Below, one piece after another: positions 18,601 to 27,663 of a DNA stretch of 41,003 bases. This DNA comes from a virus: the UHGV virus genome UHGV-0224761. The stretch is one strand, 5' to 3'. Position 1 is the stretch's first letter. Every line of letters begins with the position of its first letter. The notes beneath the pieces are model-generated. The model had not been told where the DNA came from. It made no database searches and saw nothing but the letters and a program-made list of their open reading frames with translations. The position numbers and the translations under genes are program-made.

Positions 18601-18683
18601 CGGTCAGTGGCGGGGGTCGAACCCGCATACATGATCCACCCGGAGGCAGGCACCGACTTTACCAGTTAAGCGTACACTGACCG
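18601..18683 (-). other. tRNA-like hairpin element (not a canonical tRNA)
   Basis: Perfect 9-bp terminal inverted repeat (CGGTCAGTG/CACTGACCG) enclosing a T-arm-like GCGGG-TTCGACC-CCCGC when read on the minus strand; no convincing anticodon arm and no CCA. Confidence 0.3.
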
Positions 18684-18721
18684 CCTGTTTATTTTATATT
18701 CATCCTTTATGCGGAGGCAAT

Positions 18722-19195
18722 ATGTCATCCATTGATGCCGCTGTCGTTGTTGACGTTACGCGTCTCCAGCGGGTGTTTGCCCGGCTTCAGTTTGTGGGCG
18801 GCGGAAAAGACCTGGCCCGCAGTGTGGCGGAGAGTCTTCTGTCATCGTCAGAAATGGCGTTTGAACAGGAAAAAGAGCCGGACGGCGAACGCTGGCATGA
18901 CTGGTCAGATCCTTACCGCAAGTGGCGTACCCGTAAGGGATACACGCCCGGCAAAATCCTGACACTGAACGGCGATCTGGCCCGCCGCCTGACCACGGAT
19001 TATGGCGATACCTGGGCGCTGATTGGATCAAATGAACCTTATGCGGCCATTCATCAGTGGGGTGGCCTGCCTGGTATGCCACCGGGACCGGCGGCCATTG
19101 GCGCACGTCCGTATATGGGCTTTGATCAGGTGGCAGAACAGGAGATCATGGACGAAATCAGAAAACGCTTTAAAAAGGCCACAGAAACGCCGTAA
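18722..19195 (+). CDS. G: Mu G-like virion morphogenesis protein
   Basis: 157-aa ORF at the Mu G position between F and I. Confidence 0.5.
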   Translation: MSSIDAAVVVDVTRLQRVFARLQFVGGGKDLARSVAESLLSSSEMAFEQEKEPDGERWHDWSDPYRKWRTRKGYTPGKILTLNGDLARRLTTDYGDTWALIGSNEPYAAIHQWGGLPGMPPGPAAIGARPYMGFDQVAEQEIMDEIRKRFKKATETP

Positions 19196-19372
19196 TGGTT
19201 TAAGGTATACAAACGCATTACCTTACCCTCTTCAGGCGCGTGTCGTGATTTTCTAACCTGTATTTAACGGGCTTTAAAATCTGCGTGAAGCGCCTTTCTC
19301 ATTTTCCCCCTGTCAGCACTTTCTGAAGTCCCGCAAAACCGGCCCCGAAAAACACCGGCTTATGCTGCCGGA

Positions 19373-20497
19373 ATGAAGACGAAAAACACGCCCAAACTTG
19401 CTTATGCCATTCTGAATGCCATCAGCCTGTCCGCAGACGGGGACGGTGACTGGTGTCAGATCATGCCAGCCGGTCGGGTAAAGGCCCGTGACGGTCGCCC
19501 GGAAAAACCGGCGGAAGGCTGGCTGATTAACCATGCGGCCGTTGAGCGCATGGTATCCCGGGTTGTGGCGCTCAATCAGCCGGTAAAAATTGACTACAAC
19601 CACCAGACCCTGATTAAGGGGCATCCGGCACCGGCTGCCGGTTTTGTCATGGCCTCACCGGAAAACTTCCGCTTCAGTGAAGAGCGGGGTTTTGAAGTGC
19701 GTCCGGACTGGAACCCTCCGGCCATTGAACACCTGCGCAATAACGAATTTCCCTGGTTTTCCCCGGTGATTGGTTATGACGAAATCACCGGTGAACCTGT
19801 TGAGCTTCGGATGCTGGCTATTACCGGTGACCCCGGTCTGACTGGCATGAATCCTGTCGCCGCACTGTCGGCGGATGACCTTTATAACGCCTTAAACCCT
19901 CCTTTAAAGGACACCTCCATGAATGAGCAATTACGCCAGTTGCTGACGGCGCTCGGTCTGACCGTGGCCGACGGTGACGAATTTACACCGGAACTGGGCA
20001 CGGCGGCGCTGTCTGCCCTTACCGGGATCAAAACCCGTGCGGATGCGCACGACACCCTGAAAACGCAGGTTGCCAGCCTGTCGGCAGAGCTGGAAACCGC
20101 AAAAGGCACACCAACTGGCGGCACTATTGATCTGACGAAATACGTGCCCGTTGAGACGTATAACGCCCTGCGTACCGAATATGTCGCGTTGTCGGCACAA
20201 CACGGCAGCACCACGCTGGAGCAGTTGCTGGATAAGGCCGAGTCCGAAGGACGCATTTTCAAAAGCGAACGCGGATACATGGAAGGACTCGGACAACAGA
20301 TTGGTGTTGCGGCACTTTCTGCACAGCTTGACGCCCGCCAGCCGGTTGCGGCTCTGACCACTCTTCAGACCGACACCGTAACCGTGCCGGATAAAAAGAC
20401 CGCCACCGCTGCGCTGTCGGCTGAAGATATCGCCGCCGCCCATCTGCTGGGTAAAACCGAAGCCGAGTTCCTGAAAATGAAAGAGGAAATGCAATAA
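19373..20497 (+). CDS. I: Mu I-like prohead protease / scaffold
   Basis: 374 aa; N-terminal ...LSADGDGDWCQIMPAGRVKARDGR... region typical of Mu I; immediately upstream of the major head gene. Confidence 0.75.
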   Translation: MKTKNTPKLAYAILNAISLSADGDGDWCQIMPAGRVKARDGRPEKPAEGWLINHAAVERMVSRVVALNQPVKIDYNHQTLIKGHPAPAAGFVMASPENFRFSEERGFEVRPDWNPPAIEHLRNNEFPWFSPVIGYDEITGEPVELRMLAITGDPGLTGMNPVAALSADDLYNALNPPLKDTSMNEQLRQLLTALGLTVADGDEFTPELGTAALSALTGIKTRADAHDTLKTQVASLSAELETAKGTPTGGTIDLTKYVPVETYNALRTEYVALSAQHGSTTLEQLLDKAESEGRIFKSERGYMEGLGQQIGVAALSAQLDARQPVAALTTLQTDTVTVPDKKTATAALSAEDIAAAHLLGKTEAEFLKMKEEMQ

Positions 20498-21444
20498 TGC
20501 CTACCCCGATCACACCGGCGATGATCACCGCCCTGATGACGGGCTACCGTTCTGATTTTCAGGCCGGGATGTCCATGGCTCCGTCTCAGTACCAGAAAAT
20601 TGCGATGACCGTACCGTCCACGTCGAAATCCAACACCTACGGCTGGCTGGGGCAGTTCCCGCAGTTCCGTGAGTGGATCGGCTCCCGCGTCATCGAGAAG
20701 ATGAAAGCCTATGGCTACGCCATCGTGAACAAAACCTTTGAAGGCACCGTTGCCATTAGCCGCGATGACTTTGAAGACGACAATCTTGGCATCTACTCCC
20801 CGTTGTTCCAGGAGATGGGGCGCGCTGCGGCGGCACAACCGGATGAACTGGTCTTTGCTGCACTGCGTGATGGTCTGAATGCGGCCTGCTATGACGGCCA
20901 GAACTTCTTTGATACCGAACACCCTGTTTACCCCAAAGTGGATGGCTCCGGTGATGCACAGATGGTCAGCAATATGTTTGTGGCAAAAACCGGCTCTGTC
21001 GGTGCACAGGCGGATTACAGCGGCCCGGCCTGGTATCTGCTTGACTGCTCCCGCGCGGTAAAACCGCTGATTTATCAGGATCGCCGCAAGGCCGAACTGG
21101 TTGTCCAGACAAAAGTCGATGAAGGCCGTGCGTTTACTGATAACGAGTTTGTGTTCGGTGCTTCCGCCCGTCGCAATGTGGGCTACGGCTTCTGGCAGAT
21201 GGCCTACATGATGCAGTCACCGCTGACGCTGGATGCGCTGTGGCACGGCTGGTCAGCCATGCGTGACTTTAAGGCTGACGGTGGCCGCAAACTCGGCATC
21301 AAACCCACCCATATTGTTGTCCCCACCTCGCTGGAAAAACAGGCGGTGCAGCTGCTGGAGCGCGAGCTGTTCGCGGACGGTAACACCACCGTCTCTAACG
21401 AGATGAAGGGCAAGCTGGAGCTGGTTGTCGCGGATTATCTGTAA
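20497..21444 (+). CDS. T: Major head subunit (Mu T-like)
   Basis: 315 aa; position and size match Mu T; followed by a strong hairpin. Confidence 0.7.
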   Translation: MPTPITPAMITALMTGYRSDFQAGMSMAPSQYQKIAMTVPSTSKSNTYGWLGQFPQFREWIGSRVIEKMKAYGYAIVNKTFEGTVAISRDDFEDDNLGIYSPLFQEMGRAAAAQPDELVFAALRDGLNAACYDGQNFFDTEHPVYPKVDGSGDAQMVSNMFVAKTGSVGAQADYSGPAWYLLDCSRAVKPLIYQDRRKAELVVQTKVDEGRAFTDNEFVFGASARRNVGYGFWQMAYMMQSPLTLDALWHGWSAMRDFKADGGRKLGIKPTHIVVPTSLEKQAVQLLERELFADGNTTVSNEMKGKLELVVADYL

Positions 21445-21451
21445 ACGGTGA

Positions 21452-21470
21452 GCCGGGCTTACGGCCCGGC
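21452..21470 (+). promoter_or_regulatory. GC-rich hairpin after the major head gene
   Basis: gccgggc-ttacg-gcccggc, a 7-bp perfect stem without a T-run. Confidence 0.5.
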
Positions 21471-21487
21471 CCCTGCGGAGGGCAAAT

Positions 21488-21841
21488 ATGAATGAACATC
21501 ACACTGTGGCAGCAACAGATGATTCAGGCCTTCAGGTCAGTGGTGACAGTCCTGTCACGGTACTGGCAGAAGTGCGTTGCAGTCGTGCGCAGTTTCGTCG
21601 TGCGGGGTTCCTGTTCATGCGGGGACGCCAGCAGGTTGACGTCACCCCGGAGCAGCTTGCCCGACTGGAAGCGGAGCCATGCCTCACTGTACGAATACTA
21701 CAGACGCCTGGTGATGATGCGGGAGCCGTGGCGGGTGTGGTTCATGCAGAGACCGGTGCAGATTTAGCCGAAGCCGGACAGGATGCTCCCCGGAAAAAGA
21801 CCGGCAATAACGCCAGACAGGCGAAAAAGGCTCGCGCATGA
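21488..21841 (+). CDS. Hypothetical head-associated protein
   Basis: 117-aa ORF coupled to the next gene (ATGA overlap); the alternative frame 21492..21767 is less likely. Confidence 0.4.
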   Translation: MNEHHTVAATDDSGLQVSGDSPVTVLAEVRCSRAQFRRAGFLFMRGRQQVDVTPEQLARLEAEPCLTVRILQTPGDDAGAVAGVVHAETGADLAEAGQDAPRKKTGNNARQAKKARA

Positions 21842-22257
21842 ATTACGCCACCGAAACCGATATGCGGGCACGTTACCGCGAGGATTTGCTCAGGCCATTA
21901 CTGGCCGTGCCCCGTTCGGATGAGCCGGACGCGCGCAAGCTGAACCGGGCACTGACGGACGCGTCTGCCCTTATCGACAGTTACCTGTCTGCCCGTTACA
22001 CGCTGCCGCTGGCGGTGGTTCCGGCGGTCCTTGTTCAGCATTGCTGCACGATTGCCTTTTATTACCTGTGCGATCAGCGGGCATCCGATCAGGCGCGTGA
22101 CCGTTACCGTGAGGCGCTGGCCTGGCTGAAAGATGTCATGAACGGTAACGTGCCGGTCGGCGTGGATACAGACGGTGCGGCCCCTGAATCCGGGGATTTA
22201 CCGCAGGTGCAGTCTGATGCGGCGGTGTTCGGGCGCAACCAGAAGGGCTTTATATGA
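21838..22257 (+). CDS. Mu gp36-like protein
   Basis: 139 aa; position between the head and tail gene blocks. Confidence 0.5.
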   Translation: MNYATETDMRARYREDLLRPLLAVPRSDEPDARKLNRALTDASALIDSYLSARYTLPLAVVPAVLVQHCCTIAFYYLCDQRASDQARDRYREALAWLKDVMNGNVPVGVDTDGAAPESGDLPQVQSDAAVFGRNQKGFI

Positions 22258-22817
22258 TTACGGAAACCGAGCAAGCGTACATCGCCCGTATCCGTGAGTA
22301 TTTCGGGAATGAACTGGTGTCAGTTGACACGCATCCCGGCGACTGGAGCGACAGTGTGCTGCGCACCATGCTGATTAGCGCCCCGGCGATCTACGTTGCC
22401 TGGCTGGGTGCCGGTGAAGGCCGTACCCGTGGGCGTCTGGTCAGCCACTGGGTGTTCTACGTCATCGGCGACATGCTCAATGGCCGTGAGGTCAGCCGTC
22501 CCGGGCTTTATCAGATTGTGGCCCGCCTGATTACCGTGCTGGACGGCTTCAGAACCGAAAAAACCTCACCGCTTTACTTTGAAAAGGCGGTCAACGGTTA
22601 CACCGAAACGCAGGCCGACAGTGGCGCGGTGATGTATGCGCTTTATTTCTCCTGCGAGGAAATGATCGCACCGCTGACTGATATCAGCTCGCTGGATGAT
22701 TTCCTGCGCCATTACGAAACCTTCACCGAACCGGAAGGCACACCGGAATTTAAGGCGCACATCAGCCTGCCAGGTGCAACCGCCGCCGGTGAAAAAGCCG
22801 GACCGTCAGAGGAATAA
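22254..22817 (+). CDS. Mu gp37-like protein
   Basis: 187 aa; coupled; position. Confidence 0.5.
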   Translation: MITETEQAYIARIREYFGNELVSVDTHPGDWSDSVLRTMLISAPAIYVAWLGAGEGRTRGRLVSHWVFYVIGDMLNGREVSRPGLYQIVARLITVLDGFRTEKTSPLYFEKAVNGYTETQADSGAVMYALYFSCEEMIAPLTDISSLDDFLRHYETFTEPEGTPEFKAHISLPGATAAGEKAGPSEE

Positions 22818-22820
22818 CAG

Positions 22821-23108
22821 ATGACAACCATTTTTATCAAACCCGCGCCGGGATGCCTGATCCGCGATCCGGACACCATGAAACCGCTGGCGCAGGAGGG
22901 AGAGGAAAAACCCTTCACCCCGTTCTGGTGCCGCCGTCTTAATGACGGGGACGTCATTGTGGTGGAAAAAGCGGCTGAAGCAGCACCGGCAGCAGCGTCT
23001 GCAACGACTGATGCCGCCGGAAAACCCGCGGGAGCGGCAGCAGAAAAACCTGCGACTGAAAAAACCGCGACTGAAAAACCCGCAGCATCAGACAAGGGGA
23101 CGTCCTGA
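22821..23108 (+). CDS. Small protein with Ala/Thr/Glu/Lys-rich repetitive C-terminus (gp38 position)
   Basis: C-terminal ...AAEKPATEKTATEKPAASDKG... encoded by short direct DNA repeats. Confidence 0.45.
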   Translation: MTTIFIKPAPGCLIRDPDTMKPLAQEGEEKPFTPFWCRRLNDGDVIVVEKAAEAAPAAASATTDAAGKPAGAAAEKPATEKTATEKPAASDKGTS

Positions 23109-24610
23109 TGATTAACTTTGATTATATCGGCGATAACAATCGCATTCCGCTGGTACAGATTGAAATCAATAATTCAATGGCCGTGACCGGCACTCCACCA
23201 CAGCGTCAGGCGGTACTGTTGTTTGGTCAGGCTGCAATGAAAGACACCACCATTCAGGGGCGCGGTCAGCTTGATGTACCAGTACGTATTACCCGAGCTT
23301 CACAAGCAAGAGAACTCTGGGGGCGAGGTTCCATGATTGCACTGATGGTAGAGGAATTTATCGCCATTAACCCTGACACAGAGTTATATGCCATTGCACA
23401 GGGGGCTGGAACAGGTCAGTCCAGGGCATGCGTGATGAATATCATTGGAACAGCATTGGCAGACGGGGTGTTAAGTGTTTACATCGGCGGTCGCCGTTAC
23501 CTCCTGCCCGTCAGTAAGGGGAAAAAAGGTAAAGAGCTTGTGGAAGAGCTGGCTAAGGTCATTAACGCTGACACTGATGCGCCATTCACTGCTATCGCAG
23601 CTGAAGTCAGTGGTGATAATGCTGAAGGACTTAAAGGGAGCATGGGGGTTAACGCCCGCTTTATCGGTGAATGCTCAGCTCATGATTTACGGGTGAACTA
23701 TTATGACGGTGAAACTACACCGGCCGGTCTTACGCTGGAGCTCGTCGCGCCAACACAGAAGGCAACAAACCCCGATATCACCCGTAGCGTCTCAGGGATG
23801 GGGAATCGTCAGTACAACTACATCGTCATGCCCTATAAGGATGCGGCAAATCTCAAAATTCTGGCGGATGAACTGCTGAAACGCTGGGGACCGGTAAAAA
23901 TGTCGGACGGTATGGTCTGGATGGCGCATACCGGCACCTTCGGTACGGCAACCAGTTTTGGTGAATCCCGTAATGACTTCCTGTTTACCTGCACTTCTAT
24001 TCCTAAAGCACCAGAGCCGGATTATGTCTGGGCGGCCTCCATTTGTGCGGTCTGTGCGCCCTCCCTGTCAACGGATCCGGCCCGACCATTACAGACACTG
24101 GCGCTGCCTGCCCGTATGGCACCTGAAGCACCGGCTCGTCTGACGCGGGAAGAGCGAAACAGCCTGCTTTATACCGGCATGTCCACGGTGACCGTTGCGG
24201 CCGCTGATGTGGTGCAGATTGAACGTCAGGTGACGATGTACCGTCAGAATGCATACGGCGAAAGCGATCCCAGCTATCTGGATGTAGAAACCATCTACAC
24301 CCTGTCATATCTGCGTTATTCCCTGCGCACCTTTATCACGCAGCGTTTCCCGCGCCACAAACTGGCCGATAACGGTACTCCCGTCCGGCCCGGTCAGAAT
24401 ATCGTGACGCCGGAGATTATGACGCTCCAGCTGATTGCACTGGGGGAAGAATGGGTGGAACTCGGGCTGGTCGAAAATCTGGACACCTTTAAAAAGAATC
24501 TGCTCGTGGAGCGCAACACAAAAGACCGTAACCGTCTGGATGTGATGTGTACACCGGATCTGGTTAACCAGTTCCGCTTCATGGCCGCGCAGATCCGTTT
24601 CATTTTGTGA
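23108..24610 (+). CDS. L: Contractile tail sheath protein (Mu L-like)
   Basis: 500 aa; size and position match Mu L. Confidence 0.75.
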   Translation: MINFDYIGDNNRIPLVQIEINNSMAVTGTPPQRQAVLLFGQAAMKDTTIQGRGQLDVPVRITRASQARELWGRGSMIALMVEEFIAINPDTELYAIAQGAGTGQSRACVMNIIGTALADGVLSVYIGGRRYLLPVSKGKKGKELVEELAKVINADTDAPFTAIAAEVSGDNAEGLKGSMGVNARFIGECSAHDLRVNYYDGETTPAGLTLELVAPTQKATNPDITRSVSGMGNRQYNYIVMPYKDAANLKILADELLKRWGPVKMSDGMVWMAHTGTFGTATSFGESRNDFLFTCTSIPKAPEPDYVWAASICAVCAPSLSTDPARPLQTLALPARMAPEAPARLTREERNSLLYTGMSTVTVAAADVVQIERQVTMYRQNAYGESDPSYLDVETIYTLSYLRYSLRTFITQRFPRHKLADNGTPVRPGQNIVTPEIMTLQLIALGEEWVELGLVENLDTFKKNLLVERNTKDRNRLDVMCTPDLVNQFRFMAAQIRFIL

Positions 24611-24618
24611 GGTAAGGC

Positions 24619-24984
24619 ATGAGCGGAAAACAGCATCAGGGCACGGCCACCATCCGTGTGAACGGACAGGAGTACGCCACCCTTGAGGGAGCCACGTTCT
24701 CCCCGTCCGGCTTTGAGCGTGAAGTGGTGAAAGGCGCGAAAGTCTATGGCTATCGTGAGAAACCCCGTGAGGCGACGCTGGACTGTAAATTTCCGGCTGG
24801 CGGAGAAGGTTCACCGGCTGCCGATGAAATCAACACCTGGACTGCGGTCACGATTGAGTTCGTGGCCGATACCGGTGAAGTCCATATGATGACGAAGGCC
24901 TGGAGCAGTGAACCGGCCTCGCTTGACGGTGGCGGTGATATCTCCGCGAAGTTCGCCAGCGCCACCAGTACCCGTGTCCAGTAA
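24619..24984 (+). CDS. M: Tail tube protein (Mu M-like)
   Basis: 121 aa, immediately after the sheath gene. Confidence 0.65.
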   Translation: MSGKQHQGTATIRVNGQEYATLEGATFSPSGFEREVVKGAKVYGYREKPREATLDCKFPAGGEGSPAADEINTWTAVTIEFVADTGEVHMMTKAWSSEPASLDGGGDISAKFASATSTRVQ

Positions 24985-24998
24985 TCAGGAAAAATGCA

Positions 24999-25478
24999 AT
25001 GACCACACGTAAGAAAAAAACGGCGGTTTCTGACGAGGCCGTGATGGAGGCTATCCGGGATGTACTTGAAGACGGCGATCCCCGCACCGCCGGGCTGGCT
25101 GAACAGCTGGCGAACGGCTATGTGGATCTGCTCGACGGTCTGCCGTTCGGGGAATCCCGTGAATACCGCGTCACCTTCCGCGAACTGACGGCGAAAGACA
25201 GCATTGACGCGGAAACCGAGGCCGAGCGTCTTATGGAAACCCGAAATGGCGGCCCGGTTCTGATAGCCTCGCCGGCACTGCGCGGCATTGCACTGCTGCG
25301 CCGTCAGATTGCCGCTGTTGGCCAGATTGAGGGGCCATTGTCTCCGCGTCAGATCGGACAGCTCAGCGAGCGCGATCTCTCCCGTCTGATGGCGGCGGTA
25401 AGCCTGCTTGATTCCGCGATGGCCGGAAAGCTGGTCGTTGAACGGGGGCGACCAGATGCAGTGCCGGGATCAGATTGA
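24999..25478 (+). CDS. Putative tail assembly chaperone
   Basis: 159-aa ORF between tube and tape measure; its 3' end overlaps a +1-frame ORF. Confidence 0.5.
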   Translation: MTTRKKKTAVSDEAVMEAIRDVLEDGDPRTAGLAEQLANGYVDLLDGLPFGESREYRVTFRELTAKDSIDAETEAERLMETRNGGPVLIASPALRGIALLRRQIAAVGQIEGPLSPRQIGQLSERDLSRLMAAVSLLDSAMAGKLVVERGRPDAVPGSD

Positions 25479-25602
25479 AGAAGCCGCAATTGTGCTGGGG
25501 ATGGTGACAAAAAGCGGCCCGGAGTGGGCGCTTAACCTCCCCTTATCGCAGCTTTACCGGCACTGCCGACAGACCGAAAAAATTCTCAGAACGAAGCAGT
25601 AA
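25456..25602 (+). CDS. Small overlapping ORF before the tape measure gene (possible chaperone frameshift extension)
   Basis: +1-frame ORF overlapping the end of 24999..25478 and ending 4 nt before the tape measure start; has its own ATG with RBS gggggc. Confidence 0.35.
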   Translation: MQCRDQIEEAAIVLGMVTKSGPEWALNLPLSQLYRHCRQTEKILRTKQ

Positions 25603-25605
25603 CCC

Positions 25606-27663
25606 ATGGCAAAAAACCTGAAAGCCTCCCTGATTGTCGATTTACTCGGCAATATTTCTGCCAAATCCCGCCAGTGGTCACAGGAGCTGGGGGCATTCTC
25701 CCGTTCCGGCAGGACGGGGCTGGGTGGTCTTGGAAATGCAGCACGTCGTGCCGGTCAGGAGACAGAACTTGTCGGCTCCCGTATGCAGCGAACGCTTGCC
25801 GGTGTTCGTGGCAGTATCCGCACGGTGACGTCAGATTTTGACCGCCTTCAGGGCAGCATTACCGGCACCATCGGGCGGATAAGCAACCTTTACGGGATGC
25901 TGGCGGGAGGGGCTGCGGTCTACGGGTTTAATAAAGCCTTTATCCGCCCGGCCGCAGAGATGGAGAACTATATTCTGCGTCTCAACGCCATTAATCATGG
26001 CGATACGGCAAAAACGGAAGCAGTGAAAGCCTGGGCGGTACAGAACGCCAAAGACACCACCTGGGGGCTGGCGGGGGTTATGCAGGAATACGCCTCCAGT
26101 CGCGGGTTCGGTATGAGTGACAGGGAAGCCCGTCGCTTTATTACCATGCTTCAGGATCAGGGCGGCTATCACGGCTGGTCACTGTCAGATGCACAGGGTG
26201 CGTCCCTGCAACTCAAACAGATGTTTGCCCGCCAGAGTATCCAGGCAGCGGACGCCAATATTCTGACCGGATACGGGATTAACGTTTACCAGTTGCTGGC
26301 CGATAAGCTGGGTGTAAACCAGAAGATCATCCGTGAGAAAGGCGAGAAAGGAAAACTGGGACCGGACAGCATTCGCCTGTTATTTCAGGTGATGGCCGAA
26401 CAGGCAAAAGGTGCCCAGAAAAACGCCATGAATTCCTGGACGGGAATGACGTCCATGATGGGCGATGTCTGGGACGGATTTGCCCGCGAGGTGATGGCAA
26501 AGGGACCGTTTGACAGCCTGAAAAAGAGCCTGAAAGGCTTTCTGGATTATACTGATGCGGCACAGAAAAGCGGCTTACAGGATAAGCTGGCCACACAGAC
26601 GGCCTCAGCCCTGAATCAGGGATTCGAGTATGCCAGAGACGCTGCAACCGGCTTTTACCGGGCCATTCAGAAAGTCAGGGAAACGCTTCAGGCACTGCGC
26701 GACGCCGGTTATGGCGATGCACTGGATCGTATTGGTCAGGGTGCGCAGACCGCCGCAAAGTACCTGATGTATATGTATCTCGCCTCCCGTGCGCTGAAGG
26801 TGCTCAGGTTTGCGGGGACGGGGGCATTACGTCTCGGCGCAACCCCCTTACGCTATGGCATGGCGATGACCTCCGTGCTGACGTCGCCCTTCCGCAAACC
26901 GCAGACCACTGTACCGGGAACGCAGCCCGGACGCGCTGGCCGGTTCCTGAATTTCCTTACCGGGGTAAATCCGGCTGCCGTTCAGCCCGTGCTGGTCACC
27001 AACTGGCCTGCGGGTGGCCTGGCCTCAGGTGGCGGGGATGTGGTGGTCAGCGGTGACGGCAAAACCGTGCGCGGCCGTAAAAAACGCGGCCCCGGACGTG
27101 GACGGGGTGTCACGACCGTCGTGACTGCCGGTGAGCAACTGGCGGAGAGTGCCGGTAAACAGGGCTTCTTCGGTCGTATGATGAGCCGTGCCGGTGGTCT
27201 GCTAACGGCGGCCGGAAACCGCATGGGGCTGGGGCGTTTTGCCGGGCTGTTCCGTGGTGCCGGTCGGCTGGGTGGTGGTGCCCTGTGGGCCGGTGCCATG
27301 GCGGCTCCTGTACTGCTGGACAGCAGCGCCAGTGCAGCCGATAAAGCCGGTGCCGTGGGTTCTCTTGCCGGAAGTATCGCCGGTGGCGCGCTGGGGGCGG
27401 CTGCCGGTCCGGTCGGGGTTGCCATTGGTTCCACGGTGGGCAGCTATCTCGGTGATTATCTGGGGGGCTGGCTGACGCAGGCCTGGCAGAAACTGCGTGG
27501 CGGCAGTGACGAAAACGGCGGACAGGCCACCGCGAAAACCGCCGCACGGGTGGAGCTTGTGGCCCCTGAAGGCTGGCGGGCGCGCAGTATTGATGTGGAT
27601 GATACCGCACAGCATGGCCTGGATGTGAACGTCTGGAACGGAGGGAACTATGGCCTCTACTGA
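25606..27663 (+). CDS. Tail tape measure protein
   Basis: 685 aa; Gly/Ala-rich C-terminal region (...GAAAGPVGVAIGSTVGSYLGDYLGG...); lies between chaperone and baseplate genes. Confidence 0.8.
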   Translation: MAKNLKASLIVDLLGNISAKSRQWSQELGAFSRSGRTGLGGLGNAARRAGQETELVGSRMQRTLAGVRGSIRTVTSDFDRLQGSITGTIGRISNLYGMLAGGAAVYGFNKAFIRPAAEMENYILRLNAINHGDTAKTEAVKAWAVQNAKDTTWGLAGVMQEYASSRGFGMSDREARRFITMLQDQGGYHGWSLSDAQGASLQLKQMFARQSIQAADANILTGYGINVYQLLADKLGVNQKIIREKGEKGKLGPDSIRLLFQVMAEQAKGAQKNAMNSWTGMTSMMGDVWDGFAREVMAKGPFDSLKKSLKGFLDYTDAAQKSGLQDKLATQTASALNQGFEYARDAATGFYRAIQKVRETLQALRDAGYGDALDRIGQGAQTAAKYLMYMYLASRALKVLRFAGTGALRLGATPLRYGMAMTSVLTSPFRKPQTTVPGTQPGRAGRFLNFLTGVNPAAVQPVLVTNWPAGGLASGGGDVVVSGDGKTVRGRKKRGPGRGRGVTTVVTAGEQLAESAGKQGFFGRMMSRAGGLLTAAGNRMGLGRFAGLFRGAGRLGGGALWAGAMAAPVLLDSSASAADKAGAVGSLAGSIAGGALGAAAGPVGVAIGSTVGSYLGDYLGGWLTQAWQKLRGGSDENGGQATAKTAARVELVAPEGWRARSIDVDDTAQHGLDVNVWNGGNYGLY

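Noticed and set aside
18601-18683. A bona fide tRNA gene between F and G
   Set aside because: Acceptor-like helix and T-arm are present, but I could not fold a 5-bp anticodon stem with a 7-nt loop and the D-stem is weak; kept only as a tRNA-like element.
19196-19372. Anti-CRISPR/aca locus between G and I, as in Pseudomonas Mu-like phages
   Set aside because: The G-I spacer is only 177 bp and has no ORF with an RBS.
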